DNA of 64,000 nucleotides from Paraphysomonas bandaiensis (GCA_965644295.1 CBFFRP010000097.1:62001-126000); one strand, 5' to 3'. Positions 35,482 to 48,977 are shown, counted from the first letter of the stretch. A program made the numbers and translations. Notes: generated by a model not told the origin, from the letters alone.

Positions 35482-38400
35482 TTATTTAGAAATAGTTGCA
35501 CACAACTCTGACATGAATCCATTAAAATCTAAACGGAAAATAAACCCTCTGCTCTCTACTTTTCGCATTATTTGGAAAAGGTAAGAGACTTGCGCAAAGA
35601 AATCTTTCCTAAGTGCCTCTACCTCCTCCAATGGAATAGCTTCATCCCCCTCCTCATCGGCTACCTGATCCATTACTTGGGAAACGGCTAAATAACGCAG
35701 ACAAACTTGTATTACGCGCTCTATGCCGTCCTGCACTATGCTGTTGTCTATCATGGAGAGACGGGCTAGAGCAGAAAGAAAGTTGCGGTGCGCAGATAAT
35801 ACTTTCCTGAAGCTATCAGTAGACCTCAAAGTTGACAGCAGCGTAGTATACTCCGCATCAATGACATCCACCTATACAGCAGTCAGTAGCTGTTGCTGGC
35901 AACCAAAGGGAAATACACAAAAATGCATAAGTATATGACAATACCTGCAGATGAATGAGCAGGTTACTCAGAAAAAAGAGCATGGAGTGACGCAAGTGGC
36001 TCATCCGTGTGCCTCCACCCCCACGGCGCCGGCTTCGCCCCAAGCCAGAACCAGAAGTAACTACAGAGCGTCGCTCCATCACATACACCACAAGACGCAC
36101 CTACACACGCCAGCCTCACATATGATACGTACACAAATCGTACATACCTTTAAAAGCAGGGTGAACATGCTTCCATAGCATTTCATTGCGTCCGCATCAA
36201 AAATCGTACGAAATACAGTCGGAATAGTGAGCGCAGTCAAACGCAAGTTTAACCAGTATCTGTAGCGTGCGAGGGTATCTTCCAGTCGGGAAAAGAGCAG
36301 AGGATGTCGTGTAAGTATGTGCGCTGATGCAGCAGACCCACCACTACTACTACCTGGTGCACCTCGTCCTCTGAAGTCGACAGCAGATATGTCGATGTAG
36401 AATGAAGGCGGGGTGGAGTGTGGTAAGGTGCTACCCGATGCCACAGTCCCAACGAACCCACGCCCACCATGCAGCCGCATCTGGTTCTCCAATGTGACTG
36501 CTGTCTCTACGTCCCACCTGCTCATATCGTTAAAGAGACAACATAACACAACGTTTACATACGCGTGAGCCTCTGTGGCATTTCTGCCCTGCTCTCGAAG
36601 CACTCCCTTGATTTTGTGTACTACACCACTGGAGTTACTATCTTTCCCAGACCCTCTCGAGCCACCTACAGGCACCACTTCCCGGGAATACTCCACCTCC
36701 AGGGTTAGGGCAGAAGAAGCTCCCACCGCACGCCTTCTCGGATCATGTCTTGGAGAATCTTGCCATGCCTCGAACGAGCCCGTGTACAGCTGGATCTCCT
36801 CACAAACGAGAGTATTCACACTACCTAACCGCTCGTTCGTACTTCCGAATCCCAGAGAAATACTTCCACCCACACTTCGGTTACCGGAAACAACAGATGG
36901 TGACGGACAAACACGAACAAACACACGAGCAACCATCTCTATATCACCTACACCCCTGTAGCGACGGACTATGAATCGATAATTAGAACATGCCAGATAA
37001 GCAGATGCGATCGTACCATGGAAAGATACACCGACGGACACAGAACCTGGAATGTCAATGCCAAGTTCATGTTGATCGGTACCTGCGGCATCTCCCCCTG
37101 CTTTAGCTCCTCCATGTATTACCCAGGAGATTCCTCCGACCAAAACCTCTCCACCGGCCACTACAGCGGGTCCAGTGTACTCCGAGTTGGTTAGAGCATC
37201 CATGATTGGGTGACCGGGCACCAGAGTCGCCAACACACCAGTCCATCCGCATGTAAAATTTACCTTGGCGGTAAACCCCTTAGCCACATAGCGCTCATGA
37301 GCAAGCCAGACGCCTCCTGGATTGTGCTCGACTCTGTCAAGTGAGCCTATGGAGCAATCTTTTTCGGAATCATGCTGCATCGAATCTTGGTCTTCCATGT
37401 GCAGCATAGTAGCCCGCCAGTGGGCCTGTCTTGCTTTGGCTGGGTCTTCTGCTGCGCCACCTCCAATACGTACCGATGTACCTCTACCACCTTTTCCGAC
37501 TCTCCTAGCCCTAGCTGCACCAGAGAGGGAGATCTCTCCACCTGATACAGCTGCTGCGGAAAAGTCAGAGACCGCAAGACTATTTGCGATCAACCGCAAA
37601 GAAAACATCCCGCATAACGCCTCATCGTCAATATTCAATGCACGGGCAGTCTTTCGCATGACCTCAGACTGAAGGATCTTGTCAAGTTTATGCGATGACT
37701 CTCCTGGAGAAGGTAAGGGACCCTCCACTATAAGAAGAAGGTTGTCAAGTAAGGCCTGATACAGTTCCCCTTTGCCTAACAGAAAAGTGTTGCGCATTAC
37801 ATGAAGGTGCTGAAAGAAACCACCATGGCGCCGGTCTTTTAATTCTCTCCATAGCCGTTGCGAAGCGCGCTCATGAAGATCCTCCACCAATCCCTCATAC
37901 AGCTCCACAGCTAGGTCTGGCTTGCATAGAATCTCGTGCATGTGTTTCGTACATCGTTCTAGTATTTCTAAACCACGTTCCCCACTATTCTCCACAGACT
38001 CTGGCCAATAAGCGCTCTGCTCACTGATGGACCGCCTTGCGAATTCTTCAACGTCAAACCCGTCCACACCCCTTCCCTCTCCACCATCAGGCACTGTACA
38101 CGCATCCACTGACGTATTAGGAATCGAAATCGACGTGGAGTCCTTAGAAAGATTCTCATCCTGTTGGATATAAGGATTTTTCCCACCCAAATAAGATAGG
38201 ACTTCCACTTCCCCATCAGTAAGATAGGGGTCACTAGGCAACGCGCTTAACGAAGACCCAGAGACTGAACCCATTGTACTCTGCTGTAGTAGTTTCACCG
38301 CCTTGCCTGCAAATACTACCTTCGCTGCCAATCTGGGGGAAACGTGTGATTCCGGTACACATTCCAGTCGCAAGGTATAGGTGCCTGACCAGTCGAAGGT

Positions 38401-39175
38401 TCCGTCTGCCTCGGATGACGTAGACTTTGCCTGTATAAAGAACTCTGCACCAGGATCATGAAGAACCCCATGTAACATCCATCCTATTGTCTGCTTCAAG
38501 AACACTACCCGCACTCGCAAAATCATACTGTTATCATTATAGCAAAAACTTAAGGACATTAGAGTTCATGCGACCACAGACTCACCGCTGAACCACAGCA
38601 CTTACAACAGGTACCCCAGATCGTGCGGCCATTAGGTAGTCCAGTAGTTGGCACCCATGAACTCCACGCCGTTCAACTTCAACGCACATTGTATGTATTG
38701 CTGGTAGTGTGATCATATACTAATAACACTGGTCATGTCAAATGGTTAAAGCATAAAACACTAACTTTCTGCATGTGTTGTGCAATAAAACTCAGCGGAA
38801 CAGGGCCATCCGCAAGTATTTTGTTCTCTATTTCAGTTACGTCTTCAACATATTCCTCAATAACATCATTGATAGCTATACAAAATGCCGCTTTGTATGC
38901 ATGTAGTCCAGTTATTACATCTGCACCGCCCCAGCGCAATTCATGTGTTTGAATATACTGTGACAAGAAGTCATAAAACCATCCCAGATGCACGATACGG
39001 TTCACTTGTTCCTAAAATACTCTAGTAACAACACAAGTAGAGGATGTCAGCACATATAAACCTTCTCAGACTCAGTCAACAGATCAAAAGATTCATCGAC
39101 TGCATATGAACTTGAAGTCTTTTTAATAATATCACCTGTGAAACCAAGAAGACTGAGTATGATTTCATGTAGCAT
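35482..39175 (-). CDS. TUBGCP4: Gamma-tubulin complex component 4, multi-exon
   Basis: N-terminus MLHEIILSLLGFTGD, HGCQLLD, KQTIGWMLHGVLHDPGAEFFI, FLLGKGELYQA, HLQ/DVIDAEY, and C-terminal FRLDFNGF. Confidence 0.85.
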
Positions 39176-39809
39176 TATGGTGATGATATGGTGTAGCCGG
39201 TGTGTAGGGGGGTGGTTAGGTAGATATATATGACTAGAGCTGATGCGAGGATATACAGTTCACAAGAGGTAAGTCTTAGTGATACATTGCTATTGTCACC
39301 CCAGCATAAAGAGAGTATAGTATGAACCTCAGAGGGGGGCGGAGATATAACTGAGATACGTATGAACACACCGCTCAACGAAATTCAAATAATGAAAATC
39401 ATGCATATGAATCACATCCCAAAATATACATACATACACACTGCACACTCTGCGTATATAACATACACACAGTATGTATACTCGTATGTACGTATGTACA
39501 GCGCAGAGGGAGAGTAGGTACGTAGGTACATAGGTACATAGGCACATAGGTACAACACATATAGTATACTGCTGTAGTTGTACAACAGGCACCAGACAGA
39601 GCATCATCAGTCACACATACCATACCATACCATACCATACCATGTATACCGTACAGGCATCTCGACACATTCATACAACCATACCATAAACTTCATATAG
39701 TAAGTCAATCAAAATAATTCAATTCACCCAAGTGAAGTGAAGTAAAGTAAAGTTATACGAAGTGAACTATTTTATCCAATCATTTGTCCTTCTGTGATAT
39801 CTCTTTATA

Positions 39810-41881
39810 ATGGAAGAAGAGTCCTCATCTAACCCTCGTATGGGGCATATAACTCTCCATATACATAAGACTATAACCACTTTACAAAATGAGAATGGTT
39901 TAAAGCACCATGATCACATGAGATACAGTAGTTTCTTAACTCGGAAATTACAGCGTGTACGTAAATCTATAGGGTTTACTTATGGTCGTGGAAAGGGATT
40001 TGAAAGTCGTGAAATTGTACCTGAAATCATTACAAGTGAAGCCTACTTGTTAGTCCCTTTACTGGCAGCTGAGAGGGCATGGAGCACAGCAGCAGCTAAG
40101 AAAGATGCCTTATCAAAGGTAGGGAAGATGAAACTGAAGCATACGGAGATGAGACGTCGGAGTAAAGCTGCAAAATGGGCGGAGACACTGGAGACCTTGT
40201 GTGCTGCTGTAGGGGATGCTCATACGGCATTAGAGGCCACTGCTTATGCAAGATGGATGGTAGGACAGGATCTTTTGGAACGAGAGCAGTGGACGGAGGC
40301 GATGAATAATTTTATTAAGGCGAAAGCGATTTATGCGGAACTGTGTACTGTAGGGACTGTGGATGAGCGTGATATATTCAATGAACGCCAGGGACAAGTG
40401 GAGCCTGCTATAAGATTTTGCAAGTATAATCTGAGTGGGAGTGGAGCAGGAGGTACGGGGGAGGAGGAAGAGACTGCACTTCTCTCTGTATTATCTTCAG
40501 ATCCCGACCTGCTTGAGAAGCTTGAGAGTATGCGTGCCCGCCAATCTGCTGAGCGGAGCCGTAGTGCAGATGGAGAAGATCTCTATGGCCCTCTTGGTAA
40601 CGTTGTATGGTGTGGTCGTCGGGTGGCTGTGCCTCCAGCTACATCTAATGCCTCTGGGTCTTCTGTTCATGCCCTTTGTGCGAAAGCCAAGTCTGCTCTG
40701 GACCTCTTCCGTGCACAGGACTCCACGAATAAGCAGCCCCAGACATATGCGCACTGCCTCTCTGCTCTGGACGACGCACGGGCTGGGGTACTCAAACTTC
40801 TATCCGGGGAAGTGGCGAATGATGGAGACTCATCCCGGAGTAAAGCTTCACTGCAACATCTTGAGGCCTATTTGCGTTTCACTCGCCTCTCTTGTCAGAG
40901 CGTCAAAGCGCTCAAGACTATTGAGGGACTGGATGAGAGTGCTGCACAGGAACGAGCTCACCTATATGAGCAACTGTTGGCAATCGTTCAAGAAATGAAA
41001 ACAGTTGTGGAAGGAGCAGCAGATGGGATAGGAGCGGCTGTACAGAGCACTGTGTCAGAGGCAGAGGAGGAGGAGGACGTCCTGAGACTGCAGCTAAAAG
41101 CTGATGAAGCTGTGTTCCGAACCCTCCGAGTTGTCCACCTCGCGGACTGCTATGCATCCTATGCTGGACAGAAGAAGGAAAACAGCCTCGCAGAAGGTCC
41201 AGGTGATGGCCTAGCACAGGCAGCGGCATTGTTGGAACACGCAGATGGGCTCTTGGGTTCCGTAGGTATGTGCACCAGTTTTAGTGACCTGTCATGTCTG
41301 ACCATCGCCTGCGTGATATTTGTGTAGTGTACAACTGCATGGACGACTATGCGGAGGCTGTGCGGCACTCAACTGGTGAATCTAGGCACTTGAAGGATTT
41401 ACAGGGTAAGGTGGCAGAACTAGAGAATCTTGTAGCTGGGGGAAGGAGTCGTATTGCAGCTTTGAACACCCTGCAAACAAGCGAAATGGGCAGTGGAAGG
41501 GACTCTGGGTGGATTGACTTAGAGGAGGCGTTCCTTGCATCATGTTCTCTGGAGGAATCAGAGGATAATAAAACCCTGAAAAAGGGTAAGAAGGACAAGA
41601 AAGGCAAGGCAAGCGTATCTGCTGCAGCCAGGGGGCTGCAAGGTGCCCACAATTCTGGTCTAGTGGTACAGAACATTCCGCCTGGATTTGCTCCAATACC
41701 GTGCAAGCCTGTGTTCTACGACATAGCGCTCAATTACCTCGAGGCCGACGCGGGAGACATATTAGACGTCAGGTGCGGATTTAAGCAGAAGAATGAAGCA
41801 GAATCAGATGGAGTGCAGACATCAGCGGGTTTGGTTGGAGCTGCTCAGAGTCTTTTTGGTTGGTTTAGTGGTGGCAAGTAG
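39810..41881 (+). CDS. SRP68: Signal recognition particle subunit SRP68, 2 exons (intron 41266-41327)
   Basis: QNENGLKHHDHMRYSSFLTRKLQRVRK, AERAWSTA, EPAIRFCKYN and PIPCKPVFYDIALNY. Confidence 0.92.
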
Positions 41882-44220
41882 TGTTTCAGTAGCTACAAGG
41901 AATATTCCTTTTTAATTAATGCACCAATTATATCTGAAACAATGGTAGAGCACGAAGTAAATGTTGTATTGTGAAACAATTTCCCCGCTATAATACCAAT
42001 GTGCCTACCATACGCTTTTCGCATCATAACTCAGATAGAGCACTCAACGGTTTTGATATGTGGACAGGAGTCAAAAGTCCATCATCCAAGTAGCTAACAG
42101 TATGTAGCAGGGCTGCGTAACAATTAAAATTGTCAATTATTGAAATCGAAATAATTGAGATAACATTTTATAACAATTGCAATTATAATTGACTACTACG
42201 ACCTGCTTTAATTCAATTAATTGATACCATCAATTATTTAATACTTAATACCATCAATTTGAGTATAATAGTTACAATCGTAAGCGGTACAACTAGTTCA
42301 ATGTTCGAACTTACTCTACAGGACTTTCAACATGTATGTGTTCAAATTTCTAATATTTGTTCATTTTAAAACTGAGAGACGGAATATACAATTTGTTGGG
42401 CTACTTGAACAAAACACATGAATTTTCTGTTTTGTTGTTGTTTAGGAGTACTTTTATTTGGGGTGCAGGTTAAAGATGAAGCTCGGACATAGATTTTTGC
42501 TGTTGAATTACGTGGTGACTATATATGTTTGGTGAATACAGTTGTTTGATATGATTTCAACGCAACTTATTTTTTTCAGTGAGGCAATCCCAAAGTGGTA
42601 CTTTTTGAATAAGTAATTCATGGGCAGTGCTATTGTCAAATTAAAAACTATCTATTATTCCTTCATTTCAAATATAAGTGTTTACTCTAAAATGAGATAT
42701 AGTGTGTGACATGTATTGGTAGCTATCATGAATATTATTGTTATATATGGGCATTCATTTCTGGTGGAACTCTAGTAAGCACCTCCGGAAAGTTCACTTA
42801 TGCGCAGTAAATTTATCAAGAAGATACAAAAAGCTGGGGTTCCACATTTGCAATGATTGATCGCTATTAGCTTCTATCTGACCACTTTCAACCATGCGAG
42901 TTTGGTGCTGACGTGTTAAGTCTTATTCCAAGTGAAGCTAATTATAAAATAGCAAATCATGAAGTAGGCACCTCTACTGGCATCACTTATTAGTTGTAAC
43001 CGTAAGCTTCCTAATATTTAATATGAAAATGAACATGCCAGGCTGGTTAAAATAAGGACGACTTAATATCCTTTCAATGTGTACCAATATACAATTACAG
43101 AAGAGGAAGGCAAACATCAGCTAATTCTCTACAACGTTCATACATTGTTTGACGACCTCATCACAAGACCCACCACTGTCGGGCGTCATCTGGGCGAAAA
43201 TACTACGCAGCTCCATTTGCATAATGCCACTATCAGTAAGAGGTTAAAAGATTATTTATTAGTAGAGCAAAGATTGTTTTGAGCAAAAGTATGGCTCCTC
43301 GGTATTTAGCTCTTCATGTTATTAATTATTACGCATGAATCGTCGCATCTATAATGAAATGACAGTTGAGTGAGTTATACATTTTCAGCAATTAAATTGC
43401 AATAATTAGTTATAGCTCGCGCAATTATAATTGCAATTATTAGGATTCAGCTTATTCAAGATTGTATCTGTGAGTTAAAATGTTCAATGAAACATAATAT
43501 CATGAACTGAATTAGAGAGAGTATCTGTTGAAGATACATGATCGTCATCATAACGTCGTCATTATTGTCTAAAAGTAACTGAGTACTCACTACAAGCACG
43601 AATAGCATCTTCAACCGTACTTGCATTTCACAGAGTGGAGTGTGTAGTACTACTATTGTAAAACTAAGTGGAGTATGTAGTTCAGTATGGATCAATAAAA
43701 TGCTATGCAATTAATTGGGACAACGAATATTATAATTGGCTACAACCTGTTGAGAAATGCTCATTTTACACTAGATCACAGAGAGAATTTGTCGTAAGAC
43801 TAGATAGATTTATTAGTATCGTTTACACGAAGTTGTGATAACCACCACTAACTCATTATAATCCCTGCATAATATCCTACATATGCGAACCTCTCGTTAC
43901 TGAACATATCTTGAACGATCAAACTATTTCAGTTTCTCAATATCATCACAGCATTTGTACATCACTATATTTCACTGTATTCTCGTACATTGTCTTGAAG
44001 TGACATACTGTATATACTAGAATAAGATCCATATTCTAATACTCCCACTCAATGTAGAATGCAGTGAGATAAAACAACAGTGATCACAATAATCTGATAA
44101 TGCTATGACTATCTAGTCCCATAGGTAAAAACAGATGTGAAATCTTTTAAAGATACATATATATCTAGCAGTCAACTAGATATACAGTTATGTGGGATTT
44201 TCACCCACTAAAACACACCT

Positions 44221-47200
44221 TTAACCTCTTCGGGGTCGTTTCTTCTGCTGCTCCTCCACACTGTTAGACACACTCCTCTTAACCCCGGTAATCGTTTTCT
44301 CATGACGGCTGAAGATCTTCGTGGACAACGCCTTTGTAAAAATATCGGCCGCCATATCATCCGTAGATACATGAATCAACTTTGCTGTAGGAAATTTTCC
44401 ATTAACATGTTCTCTTATCCAGTGATACTTGATGTCAATATGCTTCGACCTCTTATGATACACTGGATTCTCTGAAAGATCCTTTGCACTCTTACTATCC
44501 ATAAAGAATGGAGTCGGCTTCGCTACCAAGAGTCCGAGCTCCTTGAACACCCCCCGAAGCCACACCAGTTCTTGCAAAGCCGCATACTCCGCCATATACT
44601 CAGATTCCATGCTCGAAGTCGCAACTGTGGTCTGAAGCTTGGACTGCCAGGCCAAAGCGCCCGCACATAGAAGCACGATGTATCCCGTTGTGGACCGCCT
44701 AGTCATCCTATCACCAGCCCAGTCTGAATCACTGAATACATGTAAATCAAACTCACTCCCACTGAATCTGATTCCCTTATCAACTGTACCACGTAAATAT
44801 TTCAACAAATGAATAGCTAATCTGCAAGTCGCATATGTTGGAGAAGTACTAAATCGAGCCAATAACCCCACAGCGTAAGCCAGATCAGGTCTAGTGTGAA
44901 TCGCCAAATGCAACACCGCTCCAATAATTCCTCTATACGGAAATGATTCGACCCACTGCTTCTGCTCCTCTGTCAGCTCACGTTGCTCTGCCAACAAATC
45001 CTGAACATTGGTAGGTAGTGGAGTCTCCTTATTCTTACTGCTCTTCCCCATAAACGAATCGAATTTCTTTACAATATTCTTGGCATATTCCGATTGATCT
45101 AACATGTACCAGTCCTCTCCTCTCGTGATTCTGATATTCAGAAACCGTTTGCACACACCCAGATCGTGCATTTCAAACGTTTCGCAGAACCTACGTTTAA
45201 CACTTTCTAAGTAGGTGAGATCAGCAGATGCAATGATAATATCATCAACATATATCAGCAATAAGTGCAATTGACCATTACTCCATCGCATATACAAGCA
45301 TGTATCTAAAATGCAAGCAGTAAAATGTAACGATTTGATAAACTTGTCAATATGCTTGTTCCACTGCCTTGGTGATGACCGCAAACCATATAAGGCCTTG
45401 ATCAATTGAAAACACCACCCCGCTGGCAACTCTTCATCAGGTGGAGGTGCCATATACACATCCTCCTCAAGATCGGCATAACAAAACGCTGATGATACGT
45501 CCAACTGATGTACATGCATATGAAACATAAAGGCAATTGCAAGCACCAGTCGAATGGTTATTCCTTTGACCACTGGAGCAAACGTGGACTGCTCCTCCTC
45601 CGTTTTTTCTTGTAAATTTCCTAATGCAACCAGCCGCGCCTTATACTTGACTACATTCCCCAGAAGGTCTCTCTTCACCGTGTGAACATACTTTGCTCGC
45701 ACCAACTTCACTCCCCGTGGAGTCCGCACAATCTTTAAGACACGTCTCTTCAGTAGTGAGGTCTTCTCCACCTTCCGAGCTTCTCGCCACTTCATGTACT
45801 GTGGAGATCTCTCCGCTTCAGCATAGGAGTCTGGTATCTTAAAGTCATCATGTTGAAACTCTGCATGTTTAAAGTTAACAGTGCATGCATCTGGCACCTC
45901 AACCATATTTATTTCTCCTAACACCGATGCGTTCGCCAACCTACGCTGTAGCCGTTTCCGCCGTACACGACCATCACCATCTAGTTCAATAGGTCGTCTA
46001 GAAGATATATACGAACCCATACCTTGCTCATCCTGAGCCCGCAAATCTTGCGGTGTGGGAGGAGCCCCGCTCGCATCCCCAGACCCACGGTCTGTCAAGG
46101 TCTGCAACCTCACGACTGTCTGTTGACAGGTTGGGTCAGGACTCTCCTGGAACCCTCCAGGTCTTCCCTGGTCCAGCTCCCTGGCTGGCGTAGTACTCAG
46201 GGCGTCCCCCTTTCCTATGTACCCGGTATTCCCGGGGGTTTCTGCAGTCATACGCACCACGTCTTCGACGTGTATAGGCACCCGGTGCTCTATATGCTCG
46301 CGACCTGCAGTAACAAGTGAACGGTATGCTACAATCACACCCTTACGTTCTACAACTCTTGTTGTCTTATACAGAAGTCCGTCCTCATCATCAATATGAT
46401 ACGTTCCTTCTAAGCTGACATAGTCGGATGCAAGCTTGGGTCCAGCGGCCTCCCGCACTCGAAGAGCATCAATCTCTGCGAAATACTTCTCTGATCGTGA
46501 TGGCGTTGACTCATCAGTCAATATATGGACTGTAGTCACCACCTTGTTTGATTCAGGAAGATATACATGGTATCCTACCTTCTCATCAGAGTAACCCATT
46601 AAATATCCAACTAGAGCCTTATCCTCCCAATCCTTTCGTCGATCCGCCTTCGGTGAAAGAACATAAGTTCGACACCCCCATACCCTAAGATATCTCAAAT
46701 TTGGAGGCTCACCCGTTAGAAACTCTATAGGAGACATATACCCTTTATCTGTTTTCGTTGGCAATCGAATCAAAATATATCTGGCTGCCATGTATGCATC
46801 CAGCCAAAATTGCGGTGGCAGTCCAGATTGGATTAGCATTGCAAGAGTCATCTCTCCAGCAGTTCTGAACTTCCTCTCCTCTATGGCATTCATTTCTGGA
46901 GAGTCTGTTGAGCTCCACGTATGTTGATAGCACTCCTGTGTCCTAAGATACTGACGCAGCTCTTCACTGATTAACTCTCTTGCACCATCTGCATGATAGT
47001 GCTCCATCTTGAGCTTGTACCTTCTAACATCTCCTCTAAATAGCTCTTTGAAGACTTCTAAGATCGCTTCCCCAGTTCTGTGGACTAAACCCGTCGCCCA
47101 GAACATTTTGCTGGCATGATGCGTTATCTTTAACACATACCTCTCACCTCCTCTAGCAGGACAATTTAAGTACACAGCGATATCTGCTGAAAAATTCGGT

Positions 47201-47802
47201 CTAACGGAATTCTCGTCCTTCGTTCGGAAGCTGACTCGGGTTATCTTAGACCTGGCACACACATCACACAAACACTGATTTTTGTGTACCTTGGCTGTGA
47301 GGTGTTTCCGTTTCAACCCTGTACCCATGATGAGCATCCTCTTATGTGCCTCTACTAAAGCATGTTTGTTGAAGTGACCCGCTCTCCGATGCAGCAACTC
47401 CAGCTCGTCCTCACCAGTCCTATCGCTAAGATTTACTTCACAATTACTCGGTGTAGACACATCTGGAAGCTCCAACAGCTGCTGAGTTGGAACTGCAGTC
47501 ATTCCATTCTTCATGGGTCCCTCCAGTACCAGTTCACCAGTATTACAGTCATAAATTTGGATCCCATACCACACCGTGAATCGATAGCCCATTTCGTTCA
47601 GCTTACGTCCGGAGCACAGGCATCGATTGATCTGATCTGAAATTTCTATGTCTCTCCATGCTCCACGGGAACCCACACTTGTGATATGAATCTCTGATCC
47701 CTTCTTAGAGCCGTTTATTATCACCTTTGATGTATTCATATGAGTGTCAAGCATGGTCACATCATTCATCAAGAACATTGATGATGAACAGCAGGTGTCA
47801 AT
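44221..47802 (-). CDS. Copia Pol (PR-IN-RT-RH) of element 2, out of frame with gag
   Basis: IDTCC protease site in the -1 frame, LLHRRAGH/CDVC, HADGARE, LDVSSAF, YVDD, FSDSDWA and ADIFTK. Confidence 0.9.
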   Translation of the reverse strand: MDTCCSSSMFLMNDVTMLDTHMNTSKVIINGSKKGSEIHITSVGSRGAWRDIEISDQINRCLCSGRKLNEMGYRFTVWYGIQIYDCNTGELVLEGPMKNGMTAVPTQQLLELPDVSTPSNCEVNLSDRTGEDELELLHRRAGHFNKHALVEAHKRMLIMGTGLKRKHLTAKVHKNQCLCDVCARSKITRVSFRTKDENSVRPNFSADIAVYLNCPARGGERYVLKITHHASKMFWATGLVHRTGEAILEVFKELFRGDVRRYKLKMEHYHADGARELISEELRQYLRTQECYQHTWSSTDSPEMNAIEERKFRTAGEMTLAMLIQSGLPPQFWLDAYMAARYILIRLPTKTDKGYMSPIEFLTGEPPNLRYLRVWGCRTYVLSPKADRRKDWEDKALVGYLMGYSDEKVGYHVYLPESNKVVTTVHILTDESTPSRSEKYFAEIDALRVREAAGPKLASDYVSLEGTYHIDDEDGLLYKTTRVVERKGVIVAYRSLVTAGREHIEHRVPIHVEDVVRMTAETPGNTGYIGKGDALSTTPARELDQGRPGGFQESPDPTCQQTVVRLQTLTDRGSGDASGAPPTPQDLRAQDEQGMGSYISSRRPIELDGDGRVRRKRLQRRLANASVLGEINMVEVPDACTVNFKHAEFQHDDFKIPDSYAEAERSPQYMKWREARKVEKTSLLKRRVLKIVRTPRGVKLVRAKYVHTVKRDLLGNVVKYKARLVALGNLQEKTEEEQSTFAPVVKGITIRLVLAIAFMFHMHVHQLDVSSAFCYADLEEDVYMAPPPDEELPAGWCFQLIKALYGLRSSPRQWNKHIDKFIKSLHFTACILDTCLYMRWSNGQLHLLLIYVDDIIIASADLTYLESVKRRFCETFEMHDLGVCKRFLNIRITRGEDWYMLDQSEYAKNIVKKFDSFMGKSSKNKETPLPTNVQDLLAEQRELTEEQKQWVESFPYRGIIGAVLHLAIHTRPDLAYAVGLLARFSTSPTYATCRLAIHLLKYLRGTVDKGIRFSGSEFDLHVFSDSDWAGDRMTRRSTTGYIVLLCAGALAWQSKLQTTVATSSMESEYMAEYAALQELVWLRGVFKELGLLVAKPTPFFMDSKSAKDLSENPVYHKRSKHIDIKYHWIREHVNGKFPTAKLIHVSTDDMAADIFTKALSTKIFSRHEKTITGVKRSVSNSVEEQQKKRPRRG

Positions 47803-48977
47803 ATATGTATAATGTCATCATTTACACTACATATATTCGTTTCATGTATATTGCATGACAATTTCATAACATCCTCGATCATATTTGCTTCATCTTCATC
47901 AGAGAATTCTGCTGGTTCTCCACGCCGTATATTCTCTACTGTCAGCAGCCTTTTGTCCGGCTTCCTACCATGATTCTTCCCTTTCTCTCCTCTTCTAGAA
48001 TGCTTTTTCTTCGTCGTTGGACAATCAGCAGCAAGATGTTCCAGAGACTTGCAATTTCTGCGTCCCGTGTATTCAGCACTTCCAGGACGCTGCCCTGATA
48101 TCTCTCCATCCTTCTTCCTCTGCTTCCTCCTGCACTGTTCAGTTGAATGGCTATGAGGAATTCCTTCTTTCCTGCAATATCTACAGTTGCCCTTCTTACG
48201 CTTATCCCGTTCCGTTCGAGACCGTTTGCTCTTTTCAATGAAATTCAGCTCCTCCACCTTCTTGCGTTTCCGCTCTAACGCAATCCTTCCAGGAATGGTA
48301 TCATCATACCGTTCTATCTTCCTTGATAATGTTGCATAATCAACATCATCAGGCATCAAATACAAAGCAACATTCAGAGGAGCATATTCTTCATTCAACA
48401 GACCTTCTCGTAACCGTGTTATTTTTGAGAGCTCCGATATGTCCTGCTGCTGCTCCTGTAGCTCTTTCAGCAGTATTTCAAACCGTATTATATAGTCCTT
48501 CGCAGTCTCCTCCGGACGCATACGGAAAGAGCCATACTGAGTCAACAGCTCGCTGATCTTGTTTTGCTTCCCTCCAGCAAAGCACTTCTTCAATTCATCA
48601 ATCATAATATGCGCCTTAAACCTGTTGCTTCCTCTTCCATCAGCCTTGAACCCTTTATGTAAAAGATGGAATTTCTGAAGCGCCTTCGAAGATGATTGCA
48701 CTGCCTCTCTGCAGTACGAATACGCTATGGCATTCGCCTTCCAGTACTTCTTCACAGCCTGTCTGTAAGACTTCTCCTCCATTAACGTGAGTGGCTGTTC
48801 CCCGAAGTCGCTCTCCTTCGGTGGTGGCTCCACCGCTACTTCACTTTGCTCTTTCCTCATGAGGAACGTTTCGAAGTCTTCAATCCATTGTTCAACATTG
48901 CTCTCATTAAACTGTGGCACTACTCCTCTATCCTCCTTCTCTCCTCCTCGCTCGCTACCATGTTGAGAAATGCTCAT
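47769..48977 (-). CDS. Copia Gag of element 2
   Basis: Gag-like helices (KITRLREGL, matching KLTRLKEGL in element 1) and zinc-knuckle remnants; the frame breaks at the protease motif. Confidence 0.85.
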   Translation of the reverse strand: MSISQHGSERGGEKEDRGVVPQFNESNVEQWIEDFETFLMRKEQSEVAVEPPPKESDFGEQPLTLMEEKSYRQAVKKYWKANAIAYSYCREAVQSSSKALQKFHLLHKGFKADGRGSNRFKAHIMIDELKKCFAGGKQNKISELLTQYGSFRMRPEETAKDYIIRFEILLKELQEQQQDISELSKITRLREGLLNEEYAPLNVALYLMPDDVDYATLSRKIERYDDTIPGRIALERKRKKVEELNFIEKSKRSRTERDKRKKGNCRYCRKEGIPHSHSTEQCRRKQRKKDGEISGQRPGSAEYTGRRNCKSLEHLAADCPTTKKKHSRRGEKGKNHGRKPDKRLLTVENIRRGEPAEFSDEDEANMIEDVMKLSCNIHETNICSVNDDIIHILTPAVHHQCS

